Assembly: GCA_002189035.1 (NCBI GenBank)
Contig: CM007992.1
Span: 3,658,001 to 3,722,000, forward strand
Direction of reading: 5' to 3'
Origin: Utricularia gibba
Taxonomy: Eukaryota; Plantae; Magnoliophyta
Length of the DNA: 64,000 nt
Below the pieces are notes generated by a model. It was not told the DNA's origin and searched no databases. It saw nothing but the letters and a program-made list of their open reading frames with translations. Below, piece by piece: positions 49,568 through 62,487 of this stretch. The translations under genes and the position numbers were made by a program. Position 1 is the stretch's first letter. Every line of letters begins with the position of its first letter.

Positions 49568-50551
49568 CTAAACCATGTACTCCTCCTCCATGAGAGGAGC
49601 ATACTCTCCCAGGTACGCATCTGGGTGATCAGCCAGAGACAGCTTGATGATGCTCTCATACTGATACGACTTGCAGATGAAGTAGGTGATGGTTTGACCG
49701 ATGAGGCCGAAAAGGGCAGAAATGGAGACCAGGATCAAGCACAGGATCACAATGCCGAAGCTGCTCCCAACTCCCAGGTATCTGAAGATCACCAGGAACT
49801 TGAACAGATGCTCTATTCCGAAGAAACTCAGGCCTATGATGAGGAACGCCTCGGTGACGATTCCCATCTTTCCCCTTGTCAGAATCTGGCTTCTGTTCGA
49901 TGCATTCAGCCCGTAGCTCTCTTCCAGCACGGATACCACACTGGCGAGATGCCAGAGTATGGTGATGTAGAAGAATCCGGACAGGTAAAACAATGGGAAT
50001 CCAAAGAGGAGAACTTTTCCCATGATCGGTTTCGACCAGAATAAGATGACTCCTAACATCAGAACCACCAGAGAAGCCATGTTGTATGCAAAGACAATGA
50101 CGAAGCTTGACAAAAAGGTGAGCATCAGCCGCTTCCACGCCTTGGGGACGACACTCATCACCTTCATGAGGGATATGTGGTTTCCCGCATAAATGCAGGC
50201 GATGGTGTATACAGCAGTGGAAGTTGAAAAGAGGCCGAGGAGTATAAAGAATGACAGGTAGGAAATCTTGAAGAAGATGAAAGCTGCCCACTCTGTTGTC
50301 AGCATGTTGGATATTCTTGGGTGGAGTTGAGTTCCTTCAAGTGCTGCATCCAGCATGAACTCGTTATTCATCATCTCCTTGAACATGATTTCACTTATCT
50401 GGATCTGTGCCAAGTAGACAAAGCAAAGAGGCAGGATCATAAACAATGAAATCTTCAAGAAAATGTTCCTCCTGTGTAACACGATGCTGCATGATTCAAG
50501 CAATATATCCAAGAGACCAAGAAACCGGGCCTCCTCCTCTTCTCCTTCCAT
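49568..50551 (-). CDS. Multi-pass membrane protein (family annotated in Arabidopsis as 'polyadenylate-binding protein 1-B-binding protein'), single exon
   Basis: MEGEEEEARFLGLLDIL...ILPLCFVYLA; FSTSTAVYTIACIY; WKRLMLTF; WHLASVVSVLE; TYFICKSYQYESI..LADH...EYAPL; 327 aa, highly hydrophobic. Confidence 0.8.
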   Translation of the reverse strand: MEGEEEEARFLGLLDILLESCSIVLHRRNIFLKISLFMILPLCFVYLAQIQISEIMFKEMMNNEFMLDAALEGTQLHPRISNMLTTEWAAFIFFKISYLSFFILLGLFSTSTAVYTIACIYAGNHISLMKVMSVVPKAWKRLMLTFLSSFVIVFAYNMASLVVLMLGVILFWSKPIMGKVLLFGFPLFYLSGFFYITILWHLASVVSVLEESYGLNASNRSQILTRGKMGIVTEAFLIIGLSFFGIEHLFKFLVIFRYLGVGSSFGIVILCLILVSISALFGLIGQTITYFICKSYQYESIIKLSLADHPDAYLGEYAPLMEEEYMV

Positions 50552-51751
50552 GTTCTCTGATGCTATCCAAAGAGATGATTCTTGACAACAAATGTGATGT
50601 GAAGCTGACTTTTTAAAGGCACTTAAAACAGTTCCTAATTCTGCTGGTCCATACCTCAAAAATACAGCCTCACCCCCACTAATCTACAGCGTATGCGCTA
50701 TTGGGCACCTACTCAATTATTCTTCCTTGGAGTCAACCCAATTGCCCTATTCAAGAAACTCCAAAACTCTCATTAAGAACATCGTACATCAGAACACTCT
50801 AGCAAAGAGTTTTACCATGAAGTCAACTGTCAAGTAGATATGACTAGGAAAAAAAGATGATCAGCCTCAGGCATTATGAGTTTCAACCCGAAACATACCA
50901 GCGAAATTTTTTCTGACTTGTGTTTTGGGACGTTTTATAGGCTTTTCACTTTCTTTTACGAAAGGTCAATCAAGGCAGAAGATAACCATCACATTATTAC
51001 TGCAGCTGTGAAAGAATGCTGATGGCATCAACATGGACTAAACATGCAAACAGAGTTATGAAAATTAAAAAAGGCTAGCATCCAGTGCTTTGAAAAAAAA
51101 AAGTTATTGTATGACATAGTGAAATCAAACCAACACAGATTAGGCGATGATTAGTCCAAACGCCACAAAACTGGAAGTGAAGAGCTTACAATGGAGTGGA
51201 TTGGTGCGGGTGACGAGATTGCTGGTTGCTATAGAGGGAAGGGGCAGTTAAATAAATGCCCATAAAACGTGAAACAAAAAAACACAATCTTGATGAATCT
51301 GCGAAGGTGGGTTTTGATCTGATAGGCCATTTTGCCCGATTCGATCTTCCTCTCCAGGACAAATCGATATCGGCAGATACAAAGATACCAGTGCCGGAGC
51401 AGGGGTGGCGAACGGGCGGAGCCATACCGAAATCACGCTCCATTTGATTTGGGGATTTGGTCAAATATCAATGGCATGGGTTTCCAGAGTTACTAGAATC
51501 TGAACCCCAATTGCCGCGAGATATGCATCTATAACGGTGCACATTTTCGCTATTCTTAGGTTCTAAACGCCTTCCGAGCCTCGACGACAGCCAATTTCCT
51601 CGTACTCCCAAAATCTCTGGTTTCCGTAGTCACATGATCTCGTCCTTTCGTCACTGCGAACTATTTGTTCAGCGATTGTTTCCACAGTCGAGAGCATTTT
51701 TGTAGAAGATTTATGATTTATGGATCTGGGCGACTGAACTGACCGGGTACA

Positions 51752-54518
51752 ATGGTTGGCGACAGACGTTACCGCCATCCCAAGAGCTCATCCACGTCTC
51801 CTGCTAGAAAGTCTTCTGCTCTACCGATTGTTCTGTATTTGATCCTTCTTATCGTTCTCTCGCTCAGTGTTTTCGTTCTTTACACAAAGGATATCTTGCT
51901 TGATGAGCATCAGGTGCCTTTTCTTCGCGCACAGAAGTTCGAGTCAAAGCAGGTTTGAATCTCCTGAGAATGTTGTTAACTTGTTTCATCGTTATTTGTT
52001 TTCTATGAATACATTTGAAAGTTGGAGTGTTCCGCATGGTTTTTGGGTTGCTGATTTAGCAGTATATTGTTGTTTTGCTGTTGTTGTTGCTCTGTGTGTG
52101 TTGCCTAAGTTGGGTTTTCTGTGAGCCATTTGTGTGCAGACATAGTTTGTTCCTGGTAATGGTTGTTGACTATTACTTCTGCAGGTATTAGATGATACAC
52201 TCTGGGAAACTTCTTCCAGTTATGGTTTACGCGCATGTGTCAAGCCGACGAGTAAATATAAACGTACTTCCTTATTATCATCCTTTATCCGTCCCTTGAG
52301 ATTGGAAAGTTTTAGAAATCCTTCTAGTCTTTTATGTTTCTCAGTCTCTCTAGTCATCTGAAGTGTCCTGTATCCACCTCTTGTGACTGCCATGCTATAT
52401 TACTTTTAATCGTTTGCTTGATGCAGATGCTTCCCCCTCAGATCGCTATATCACCGTACGCTGTAATGGGGGTTTGAATCAAATGCGAACCGGAGTAAGC
52501 CGTTTTTAAGTCTCATTCTGTTGTTTTGTTGGGATATGTATCTGTCAAATTTCACCAATCTATTCCAGAAAGGTGAAACTTTTTTGTCGCCTGGTTCTGG
52601 ATTATTCACTTTTAAAATTCAACAACAGATAGCAGATATGGTGGCTGTGGCTCGCATAATGAACGCTACGTTAGTGGTTCCTCAACTCGACAAAAGTTCA
52701 TTTTGGCAAGATAGTAGGTGGTGTCTCCACCCCAACTGGAGCATTTTTAGTTTATTAAGAGTTTAACAGAAATGTTTATTGCATGTTATCTTTTTGCAGT
52801 ACATTCTCTGACGTATTTGACGAAGGTCATTTTATTGACTTTTTACGACAAGATGTGACTGTCATCAAGGCTCTTCCAAAACATTTGGAATCACAACCAC
52901 ACTCAAGAAAACATTTCACCCTATGGTCTGGTGTGAGCTACTATCAGGAAATGATGGAGTTGTGGAAGGAATATAAGGTAAGCTCCCTCTTTCTTCTAGT
53001 TTTGGAGCTGTTTGCTCAATATACTTGGCTTTTCGCGTTCCTGAATTCTAGTTTTGTGATTCAAAAGCAACTTGAAAATTCAACCGTACAGGTCATTCAT
53101 GTTGCAAAATCCGACTCCAGACTTGCAAACAACAATCTGCCTTTGGACATACAGAGGTTAAGATGCCGTGCTCTATATCAAGCTCTTCGATTTTCTCCAT
53201 CTGTTGAGGATCTAGGGAAGGTGAGGACTGTGCTTTCTCACTACGTTTCCGGATGTCCAGTCACCTTGTAGAGGGCTGTATTTTTTTTGTACCTGCATGT
53301 TGCCCATGACGTTAAAATGAACTTGCATCCATTTGATCCTTCTGAATTTTGAGTATGTGAAAGCTTCATTTTAAAGTTATCCTATCGGGATCCACCTTAC
53401 ATTAGGTTCTTAGCATAAATCGATGACACCACAGAAGCTTGTGGAGAGGCTGCGGTTACGCTCCAAGAGATATATTGCACTTCATTTAAGATATGAGAAG
53501 GATATGCTGTCTTTCACTGGGTGCACCAAAGGCCTCACTGGTGCAGAAGCAGAGGAGCTCCGTATGATGCGGTGAGAATTGTTAATGTGTTTTTGTATGT
53601 TGGTGCAAGACATCCTTTTGCTGCTAGTGTTAGAGAGATTCTCGTAGAACTTTTCATTGATTAATGCATGTGCAGGGAGAAGACAAGTCACTGGAAAATA
53701 AAAAATATCAACTCAACTGAGCAGAGACTTGGTGGTCATTGTCCTTTAACTCCAAATGAGGTTGGAGTATTTCTTGATGCTCTCGGGTACCCGAACTCAA
53801 CACTGATCTATGTAGCTGCTGGAAAGATATATGGTGGAGAAGCACGCCTTTTAGAACTTAAATCCCGCTTCCCCAACCTTGTATTCAAGGTGGGTTTAGA
53901 AAATTGAGCTGGTATGCTATTTTATGACTCCTAAAATGACCAGGTTTTCGTGAGTACAGGAAATGCTTGCTACTAGAGAAGAGCTTGGGAAATTTTCCCA
54001 TCATGCATCACAAAGTGCAGCTCTTGACTATCTAATATCCATTGAAAGCGATGTTTTCATCCCATCCCATGATGGGAACATGGCAAGAACGGTTGAAGGT
54101 CATCGCCGATTCTTAGGACACCGGAAAACAATAACTCCAGACAGGTGTTTCTCAATATGAGTTTTATACTGATTGTCATGTCACTCCCTGTCCGGTTCTT
54201 TATATTTCTTTGGAAATATGCAGGGGAGGCCTTGTTCAGTTATTAGATAAATTGGAATCTGGTGCTGTTGCGGCATCGACATTCCGTCGTCATGTCAAAC
54301 AATTGCACAAAAGCAGGTTAGCCATGTGTTCAACTTGCAATCCATATGGGCATGCAACAGCACTGATACAAGTATGGGCGGATTACAGGCTTGGCGCCCC
54401 ACGACGAAGAAGCACCCCACTGGGAATCAGGGGCCGCTTAAGGCTCAGGCTAGAAGAACCTTTCTACCAGAATCCATTTCCAGAATGTATATGCCGCTCG
54501 GACGATGCAGTCAAGTGA
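51752..54518 (+). CDS. O-fucosyltransferase family protein (DUF246/GT106-type), multi-exon type II membrane protein
   Basis: TM anchor, then [10 protein letters not shown]|[97 protein letters not shown]; all exons in frame. Confidence 0.9.
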
Positions 54519-55160
54519 CATCTATCTACAAAATCACAGTACAGTGGTGAAAAGGGACCTACTTTGCTTCTTGCTCATTCCATTTTTGTGTTGGCCATAC
54601 AAATAATGAGCATGCACCAACTGTTTGTTCGAGTTTACTTGTGCCTAGACAATCTACAGGCGATGTGTATATATGACAAGCGGTTCATTTTCCTGCTCCA
54701 CAGTCACTGTGTTCTGTTGCAGAAAAAAAAGAAGAAGAAGAAGAAGAAGAAGGAATCCTGATAAGGATAAGGGCGTCCAACCCCAATAAGTTAACAAATG
54801 TGCCCCACTAGGAATAGTTGCTTATAACTTTATTGCAGAAAGTTGAGTAGTTCGAGAGTCAGCTTCTCGTGGGTCGTGGGTATACCTCACAAAATTTGCA
54901 ACCTTTTTCTATATACAATACAATATGCAGCTAACATGACATGACGCAGTAAGGGATGATTTTGACATAGATTCACCCAAAGGAGGTATACCGAATCTTA
55001 CAGTGGCTATGGACCAAGTCCTCTTGAAGCTCGCCTGTCTACGAAGAAGACCTCTGCAAGAGAAGAACTTTATGATCATTTATATATACTATTATCACCA
55101 TAGTGTGTTTTTATGTGTATATAAGGCTAGAGATAATGGAGTTGGGCAGGGCCTGCCATA

Positions 55161-56338
55161 ATGGAGAAGACAATGATGGCAGTGATCAGCAGGGCCGCAC
55201 TTCTCCTGTTGGCCGTTGCAATCGACTCTCAAAGTCTGAGCTTTTTTTTCTTTTCCCGGCAGTATTGCTTCGGTCGTTTATGTGTTCATTAAAAGATTTG
55301 CTGTTGTGGTGCAGGGGGAGCCACGGCGGCGAAGTTTACCCTGATAAACAGGTGTTCGGAGACAGTTTGGCCTGCGATTTTGGGATCTCCACAGCTGGAG
55401 ACCACCGGGTTTGCCCTTCCGAAGGAACAGTCACGCGCCGTGCACGCGCCGACGGGATGGTCTGGGCGATTCTGGGCGAGGACGGGGTGTTCGTTTGATG
55501 AATCAGGGAAGGGATCCTGCGCCACGGGCGACTGCGGCTCCGGGGAAATGGAATGCAAAGGCAGAGGAGCCATCTCCGCCACCTTGGCTGAATTCACGGT
55601 GGGCACGGCTGCGTCGATGGATTTCTACGATGTCAGCCTCGTGGACGGCTACAATTTGCCGGTGACGGTGGAGGCCAGCGGCGGTTCAGGGCACTGCGCG
55701 TCCACAGGATGCGCGGTGGATCTCAACCAGAAATGCCCGGTGGAGCTGAAGACGGAGGACGGCGGAGCCTGTCGCAGCGCGTGCGACGCGTTCGACACGG
55801 CGGAGTACTGCTGCAAAGGCGAATACGGATCCCCGGCGACGTGTAAGCCGTCGGCGTACTCCCAAATGTTCAAAACCGCATGTCCGAAATGCTACAGCTA
55901 CGCTTACGACGATGCTACCAGCACCTTCACTTGCTCCGCTGCCGATTACATCATCACCTTCTGCCCCTCCTCCTTGCCCGGGTAACTCAATCCCTTCCAC
56001 TTCTACACAAAAAATAAATTCCCAATAAACAACAGAAAAACCAGGAAAAAGAAGATGCAGTACATTTTCGGTAACTTTCAGTCCAGTAACCCCTTTTTGT
56101 TGTTTTTTCCAGTCAAAAATCTTCTACGCCAGACGGAACCTCGACTGAACCGAACCAGCCGCAGCCGGGTCACGAACCGCCACCTGGCACAACACCTGGG
56201 TCACTTCAGCCGGCGGTCTTGGGGGACGACTCGTGGCTGGCGGAGCTGGCCGCCGGAGTAGGAGCTCTGAGGCCCGGCGCACTGTTGGGGGCGCTGATCC
56301 CGGTTCTGCACCTCGCCGGATGGGTACATGTTCACTAG
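55161..56338 (+). CDS. Thaumatin-like (PR-5) protein with C-terminal Pro-rich linker and hydrophobic tail, 3 exons
   Basis: Signal peptide MEKTMMAVISRAALLLLAVA; FTLINRCSETVWPA, GRFWARTGC, ATLAEF, DFYDVSLVDGYNLP, FKTACP..YSYAYDD, YIITFCP; third exon GQKSSTP...ALLGALIPVLHLAGWVHVH*. Confidence 0.92.
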
Positions 56339-57067
56339 TGGTTAGCGCTAGGATGAATTGATTCCTTTCAAATTAACATCATTAATACACGCCACGCCTA
56401 TTCATGGTCGAAGAAGAATACATTGAAATCAGCTTTTTGTGGGGAGGTCGCGCATCAAAAAAGTTTACAACTTTTGGGGGTCTGAGTCAACTTCATTCCA
56501 TCTAAACACAAACCAAACATCATACGATGCTTATCTTGCGTATTACGTAATGAAAAATGAGTGGAATGGGCAGGAGAATCAGAACCGACTTTTTAAACTG
56601 CAAAAAAGCACTGGCACCACCACCTTAGCAGAATCTTTGAAGTTTGTTTTTCATGCATCAAAGAAGAATTTTTTGTCTGTCCTCCACCACATTGAAGATG
56701 AAGGCACGGTGAGCACTTCTTGTGTAATAAACCAGTGGCATGGCCATTGCTCTAGAGCACTTCATGGTATTAAAAAGCTGTGATACTATGCTTGCTAAAG
56801 AATGGACAAAATGTGTATGAGAGGTCATAAAACAACTTCTTGCAGCTTCGTAGTTAAAAGAAGAGGTCACCAGACAAACACCGTACGGATCTAGGAAAGG
56901 GCAGCAAAAGCTCATCATAAATAGGATGAGGGTATCCACTAAAAATTTCTGTACAAAAATGGAGATCATGGCAAAAGACCAGAGCTCAAACTAAGCTAAC
57001 CGTATATCTATATGGCAAGAAACAACAAGAAGTAGAAATGGATGGTTTGATTAAGTACACACAATCA

Positions 57068-58478
57068 TCACAGATCCCTTCTGCACAACGGGCATGAGCC
57101 GTGTCTCACCAGCCAGGCATCAATGCAGGTTAGATGAAAGATGTGGTGGCAATGTGGCAAACTGCGGACAGTTTCACCAGCTTGAAAGTCCTGAGCAACG
57201 ACGAGGATGTGAATTAAGAGGGGTTCTGAATAAAAAGAAGGAAGATTGGGCGACAAAAGAGAAAAAAAAAACAGCTAAGCTACCTGGAGACATACTGAAC
57301 AACAAGCTCCATCGCCCTTAGTGTCAAAGTTGAAATCTTTAGTAATTGTGAATTTTGGGATCTTTTCAACACTGTCTGCCAGGAGCCCTTTTGCACCACC
57401 GATGTCGAAAATGCTAGGTATTTCATCGAAGGATCCTTCAACAGCTCCCATCTAATACAAAAATATCATTTAGTAAGCAAACTGTGCGTTAGATGAAAAA
57501 AAGAACATCAAAGTGGTGCTATACCTGGCTTTGCACTGCACTAAGCATGGCAGGGCCTATACGCTCCCGAACAAGTCTACCACTAACAAGGCTTGCTAAA
57601 ACATCAATCTGCAAAACATATTATTCAGTCTACAAAATTGAGCACGCCATGACTAAAAAGCAAATGCGGAATAATGGATTTCCAATATTCACCAGGTAAA
57701 GGAGACAACGCAACCCCGACTCGTCTGTTTGCCATAAAAGCAGGGATGATTCGAAGACCTCAATAGAGAAAACAGCACCAGATATAGCGCCAATAGAAGC
57801 CCCTCTAATGAACCCACTTTCTGTCTCCTGACCAATCAGTGCTCCTGTCATTGCTCCTAATAATGTTCCCACTGCAAGAGCACATTCTTAAGAACTCATA
57901 CAACAGGGGCAAATCTGAAATTTAAGAATAAAGAAACGTGCTTCTGAAAAATTCTCTAATGGGTGCTGGAATCACAAGTTAAAACTCAGGCCATCGATGG
58001 GGCAAAACCACAAAACTTAATCGGGATACGACGAGATGACAACTACATTCCAACCCCCAACCCGAGCAATCCCTTCCATCAGCATCGAACCACACAATCA
58101 CCTTCCACGGGCCCAAACCCAGGGACCCATAACAAAAAAAAATCCCACACATAGACGAAAACACACGAGGGAGATCGCAACCCTAAAGAAAGAACCAACC
58201 CAACGGTGCAGATCATAATCACAACCTCCAGACCCCAAAATCCATAAATAAATCAGACGTCTTAACAACAAGAAAGAGAAGCCCTCACCCAAAGCAAAGA
58301 TAAAGGTCAAAATTGCAGAGAAAACATGGCCAAGCACCGTCGAAACCGCATATCCAACGATATCCCTGACCCAATTAACAAATGACCCATACGAAGAATC
58401 GTATCCCGCCGTCGACGGAGAGGCTGACAATGGCGCCGAAGGGGGCAAAGAATGCGAAGCGTATGCGTACAGGTCCAT
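57068..58478 (-). CDS. NIP2: NEP1-interacting protein-like RING-H2 membrane protein
   Basis: FIFAL|[64 protein letters not shown]|[40 protein letters not shown]. Paralogue (NIP1 vs NIP2) is uncertain. Confidence 0.88.
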
Positions 58479-58999
58479 GAAATTCAGCGCAAAGACGTTC
58501 CCCACGATTCAACAAAACCACGCCCCAGGATATATATAAATACACATATCCCGAGAAGGATCCAAATTTCCTTTTCTTTTTTTTTAAATAAATAAAAATA
58601 ATGTTCAACTTCCTTAACGCGTACGTCTCAGCGCGTTGCCCGGCTTCTAATTTATGAATGTGGGGCCCATTTTCTACACTTTTAGATAGGCGCTTACATT
58701 TAATTAAAATAAAAAAAACTGGTCATAAGTTCGGTCAACCTTTGATTTAATAATTTTTATAAAACGTTAAATTAAAGAATTGTTCTAGAAAATTTTTGAA
58801 AACTCTTTTTACTTTTTAAAATTATTTTAGAAAAATAAAAATAACCAAATCCTTACTTTTCTAAAAATTATTTTTATTTCTGAAAAATAGAAATAAGTTT
58901 CCTTGAATCATTATTTTTATGTTTGATTGATGACCAAAACATTTACAAATCTGGTTATTCGATTTTTCTATTACATTGAAACAACAAAATTACAGGGAA

Positions 59000-60795
59000 T
59001 TACCCAAGCAAGTGACGTGGTGAGCGATTGCTGCGATGGAAGTTCTGATAGGGAGGCGAGGAGGCAGCTCGAGGAGACAGCGGCAGCATGTTTTGGTGAG
59101 AGGAAGATGGGGGCTGGTCTTTGGAGATGCTCATTGCTGCGATGCCTTCTAAGCATTCGACTATGTCCGCCATGGAAGGCCGTTTCTTGGGGTCCGTTGC
59201 AAGGCATCTGCGGGTGAGGTGGGCAGCCTCAGATGCTGCCTTGGGGAATACTGCCCTTCCATCTGTTCATCGATTATGTTCTTCAGGTTCCGTTTCTGCC
59301 AGAGGAGGGGCTGCATCCAGTCAACCAGGTTCTGCTGCCCTCGGGGGCGTCTTTTATCAAGTGATCTCAAGCCTGTCATCATCTCAAGCAGCACCACTCC
59401 GAAGCCATACACATCACTCTTCACAGAGAGGTGACCTGTGTGCATGTGTTGGTTGTTGAGTATGTGGCATCGCCCACCATGCTTTTCAAAGGGGGAAAGT
59501 AGGTCTTACCTGTGCTGATGTACTCAGGGGCAGCATATCCCAGCGTTCCCATGACTCGAGTAGTGACATGAGTATCTGATCCGGATGGCCCCAGCCTCGC
59601 CAGCCCAAAGTCTGATATTTTTGCATTGTAATTCTACAGTTAAGAGAAGGAACAGTTGAGAATAGAAGCAAATTGGGGGCATAGAGAAAGAATGTTCCTT
59701 ATGGCCTATCTCTTGAAAAGACTAGAGTTGAGCAGAAACATGATTCATTGTTGCATTTTGTTCCAGTTTGAGTATAGAATCAATCACCCCCACCGTTTTA
59801 CGTTTCCAAGCAAATGATTATGGGCTCACCCAGATTGCACACTAAAAACTACCTCGTCCAGGAGAATGTTGGATGTCTTGAAATCACGATATATGACTTC
59901 CTTCCCGGAATCATGTAAAAAAGCCAATCCCCTTGCTGCTCCTATAGCGATTTTGAGTCGTAAATCCCATGAAAAAGGTTCCTGCCCCGCATTCCCTGAG
60001 TAATGAATAAAAGAGGATGTATGACTCAGGTTAACATTCCTGCATAGCCTGAGTTGCAAACAAAGCGTACTTCTAAAGAGATGATCCTCGAGGCTCCCAT
60101 TCTCAACATACTCATAAACCAGTATGAGCTCTCTCTGTTCCCAACAGAAGCCTAATAGCTGTACCAAGTTAGGATGCGATAACATTCCCAGAAAGTTAAC
60201 TTCAGTCTGCATGATCACATAAAGCAATTTCAAGTAGCATCAAAATATATATTAATTTCTGCTATTCGGGCACGAGTTGGCAACTGACAGAATGTTAACG
60301 TGAAGGAAGGAAAGGGGATGAAATTACCTGCCATTCTTCAAACCCCTGCAAACTTCGGGGATTCAACTTCTTTATAGCAACCATCATTCCAGTTCCCAAT
60401 CGAGATGACGGCCTGAGGGTTTTCTCCTCCAACCATCCCCTATACACAGTCCCAAAACCCCCTACCCCCAACACCATAGTCCGATTGAAGTTACCAGAGG
60501 CGATCTTCAAATCATTAAAACTATAGATTTTCAAACTCCGTGTAGCTGATTCTTCTCCTGTAAAGTCCATACCAATAACCGAACCAGAAGTAATTTTGCG
60601 GCTGCTGCTGGCATCCGGCAGACCCTGCATTCGCCTTCCCCCGGAGCTGCAATTGCGCGATACCCCTAACCACACAAGTACTATATAATCTCAATTTGCT
60701 AAAACCAGAAAGCAAATGAAGTTCACACTAGAACAAAGAGTACCTACGGCGGATGCTATGGACCTAGGGTCCAGCGATCCAGAGCAATTTCCCAT
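59000..60795 (-). CDS. Receptor-like cytoplasmic Ser/Thr kinase (PBL/PIX13/Cx32-like) with MGNC acylation motif; one apparent -1 frameshift
   Basis: MGNCSG; [83 protein letters not shown]. The frame breaks at 59243-59246 and resumes [24 protein letters not shown]. Confidence 0.9.
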
Positions 60796-61025
60796 AATTC
60801 AAGCTTGTTTGTCGTCAGAACTAAAACCCAACAAAAATCGCCCTCCAGCAGCTTCTTGAAGAAAAAAGGAAACAGTGGCTGTAGAAAACGTAGCGCATCA
60901 TCTGCCCCGCCCACTATCGCAAGGGAGAGAGAAAGGAAGAGACTCGATCTCCAAGACTCAAACTCGAACTATTATATTCCCTGGCTCCTGATAGGCGGGA
61001 GCGATGACCTTTCAGTTTTCTATTT

Positions 61026-61241
61026 TGGGCTTTTTTACTGGGCCGACACCTAAGGACCCAAATCATAGCCCAATACACAAATAAATAAACAGCCTCAGCC
61101 GCCTCATTAATGTGACACCGCGGGCTCGTCGGTGTCGGATCTAACCCACATTTCACACCGAACCCTAATTTAAACCCTAAAATTTATTAGGATTTCGATT
61201 GAAACCCTTTTTGAAATCATTAATGGACATTCAAACCCTAA
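61026..61241. promoter_or_regulatory. Site II + telo-box module upstream of the RLCK
   Basis: TGGGCT 61026, TGGGCC 61039, AGCCCA 61067; AACCCTAA 61161, AAACCCTAA 61172 and 61233. Confidence 0.55.
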
Positions 61242-61812
61242 AAAATTAATTCGGGATGTTCGATTGAGACCCATCCATCGACTTTTAAAATCATTATTTA
61301 ATTTTTTTTTTCTTGGGAATTAAGGCAAAAAAAAAAAAAAAAGAGAAGCAATTCGTGATCATGTGTCCACCATTTTAAAAAAATAGTTTAAAAATATTTA
61401 TAATTAATGCATTGTCTCCCCCCGTACGTCCACATGAATCCTCCTCCATGTGGACGAGAATGGAGCACCAAAGAAAAATGATGACCAAATCATTGAAATC
61501 AAAACCTGGTTTCAATTTCCGAGTAAATTAATGATTGACGGGGCAGTTGGTTTAGTGGAAAATGAGGCAAATATTGGATGTATTAGAAATGTGGACAGCC
61601 ACGGTAACGTAAAAATTATAATAGAGTGTGTGATAGATATTGTACGGATGATTGCGTTTTTAAATTAATCGTAAATATTTAACTTTTTATCTCATTTTTA
61701 TTTTTATTAAAAGTTTGTAAATTACCAATAAATGAGTTTTTCTATGCATTTTATCTTACTTTTTATATTTTTAATGCATTAATGTTATTAATAATATTTT
61801 TTGAACTAAGAA

Positions 61813-62070
61813 TTTATGGGTTTACTTTAAGGTTTAATATTTAGTATTTACAATTTAAAAATAGTATAGTATTAGGTTTTACGGTATAGTGATTTAAGAT
61901 TTATAGTTTAGAGTTTAGGGTTTAAGATTTAAATTTTAGATTTTAGGTTTCGAGTTTCGAGTTTGTTATTTAAGTTTATAATTTAACATTTAAGATTTAA
62001 GGTTTTGAACTAAAGTTTTTGACTTTAGGGTTTAGTAGTTTAGAGTTTAAAGTTAATATGTTAGGGTTTA
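61813..62070 (+). repeat. Degenerate interstitial telomere-like (TTTAGGG-type) array
   Basis: 7-nt periodicity: tttatag tttagag tttaggg tttaaga tttaaat tttagat tttaggt ttcgagt ttcgagt...; exact TTTAGGG at 61914-61920 and 62024-62030, TTAGGG at 62061-62066. Confidence 0.8.
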
Positions 62071-62487
62071 TTTTATAAAATTTTAAATTTCTCATTTATA
62101 TGATTTAATATTTAGAGATTAAGTTTTATGTATTTCTATTTTTTTATAAATGAATTCGATATTTTACAAATGATAATTAAAGACAAGATACATCACAAAA
62201 AATGAAAGTAGAGTATTTAACAATCAAATAATGATAATTAACCGGCGGGGCCGTTGGTTTATGGTTGATGATCACCCTTGTGGAGCCCTTGCGTCATCAT
62301 GCTACGTGGCTTATGGCTGATCGAAAAGCGTACATCACTATAAGGCTCTAGTTCTTTGTTGTGTCTGTTGTCTTGATTTCGTAACTAATCATTGTGCTCG
62401 CTGCATCTTCACCATTAGCCACAAGTGTTTTTTTTTTCAAGGCTCACAAGAAGATCACGAGGTCAATACTCAGATCGTCGCAGAGAC

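Noticed and set aside
49625-50291. 139-aa plus and 211-aa minus ORFs over the membrane-protein gene
   Set aside because: Overlapping off-frame or antisense ORFs with no independent support.
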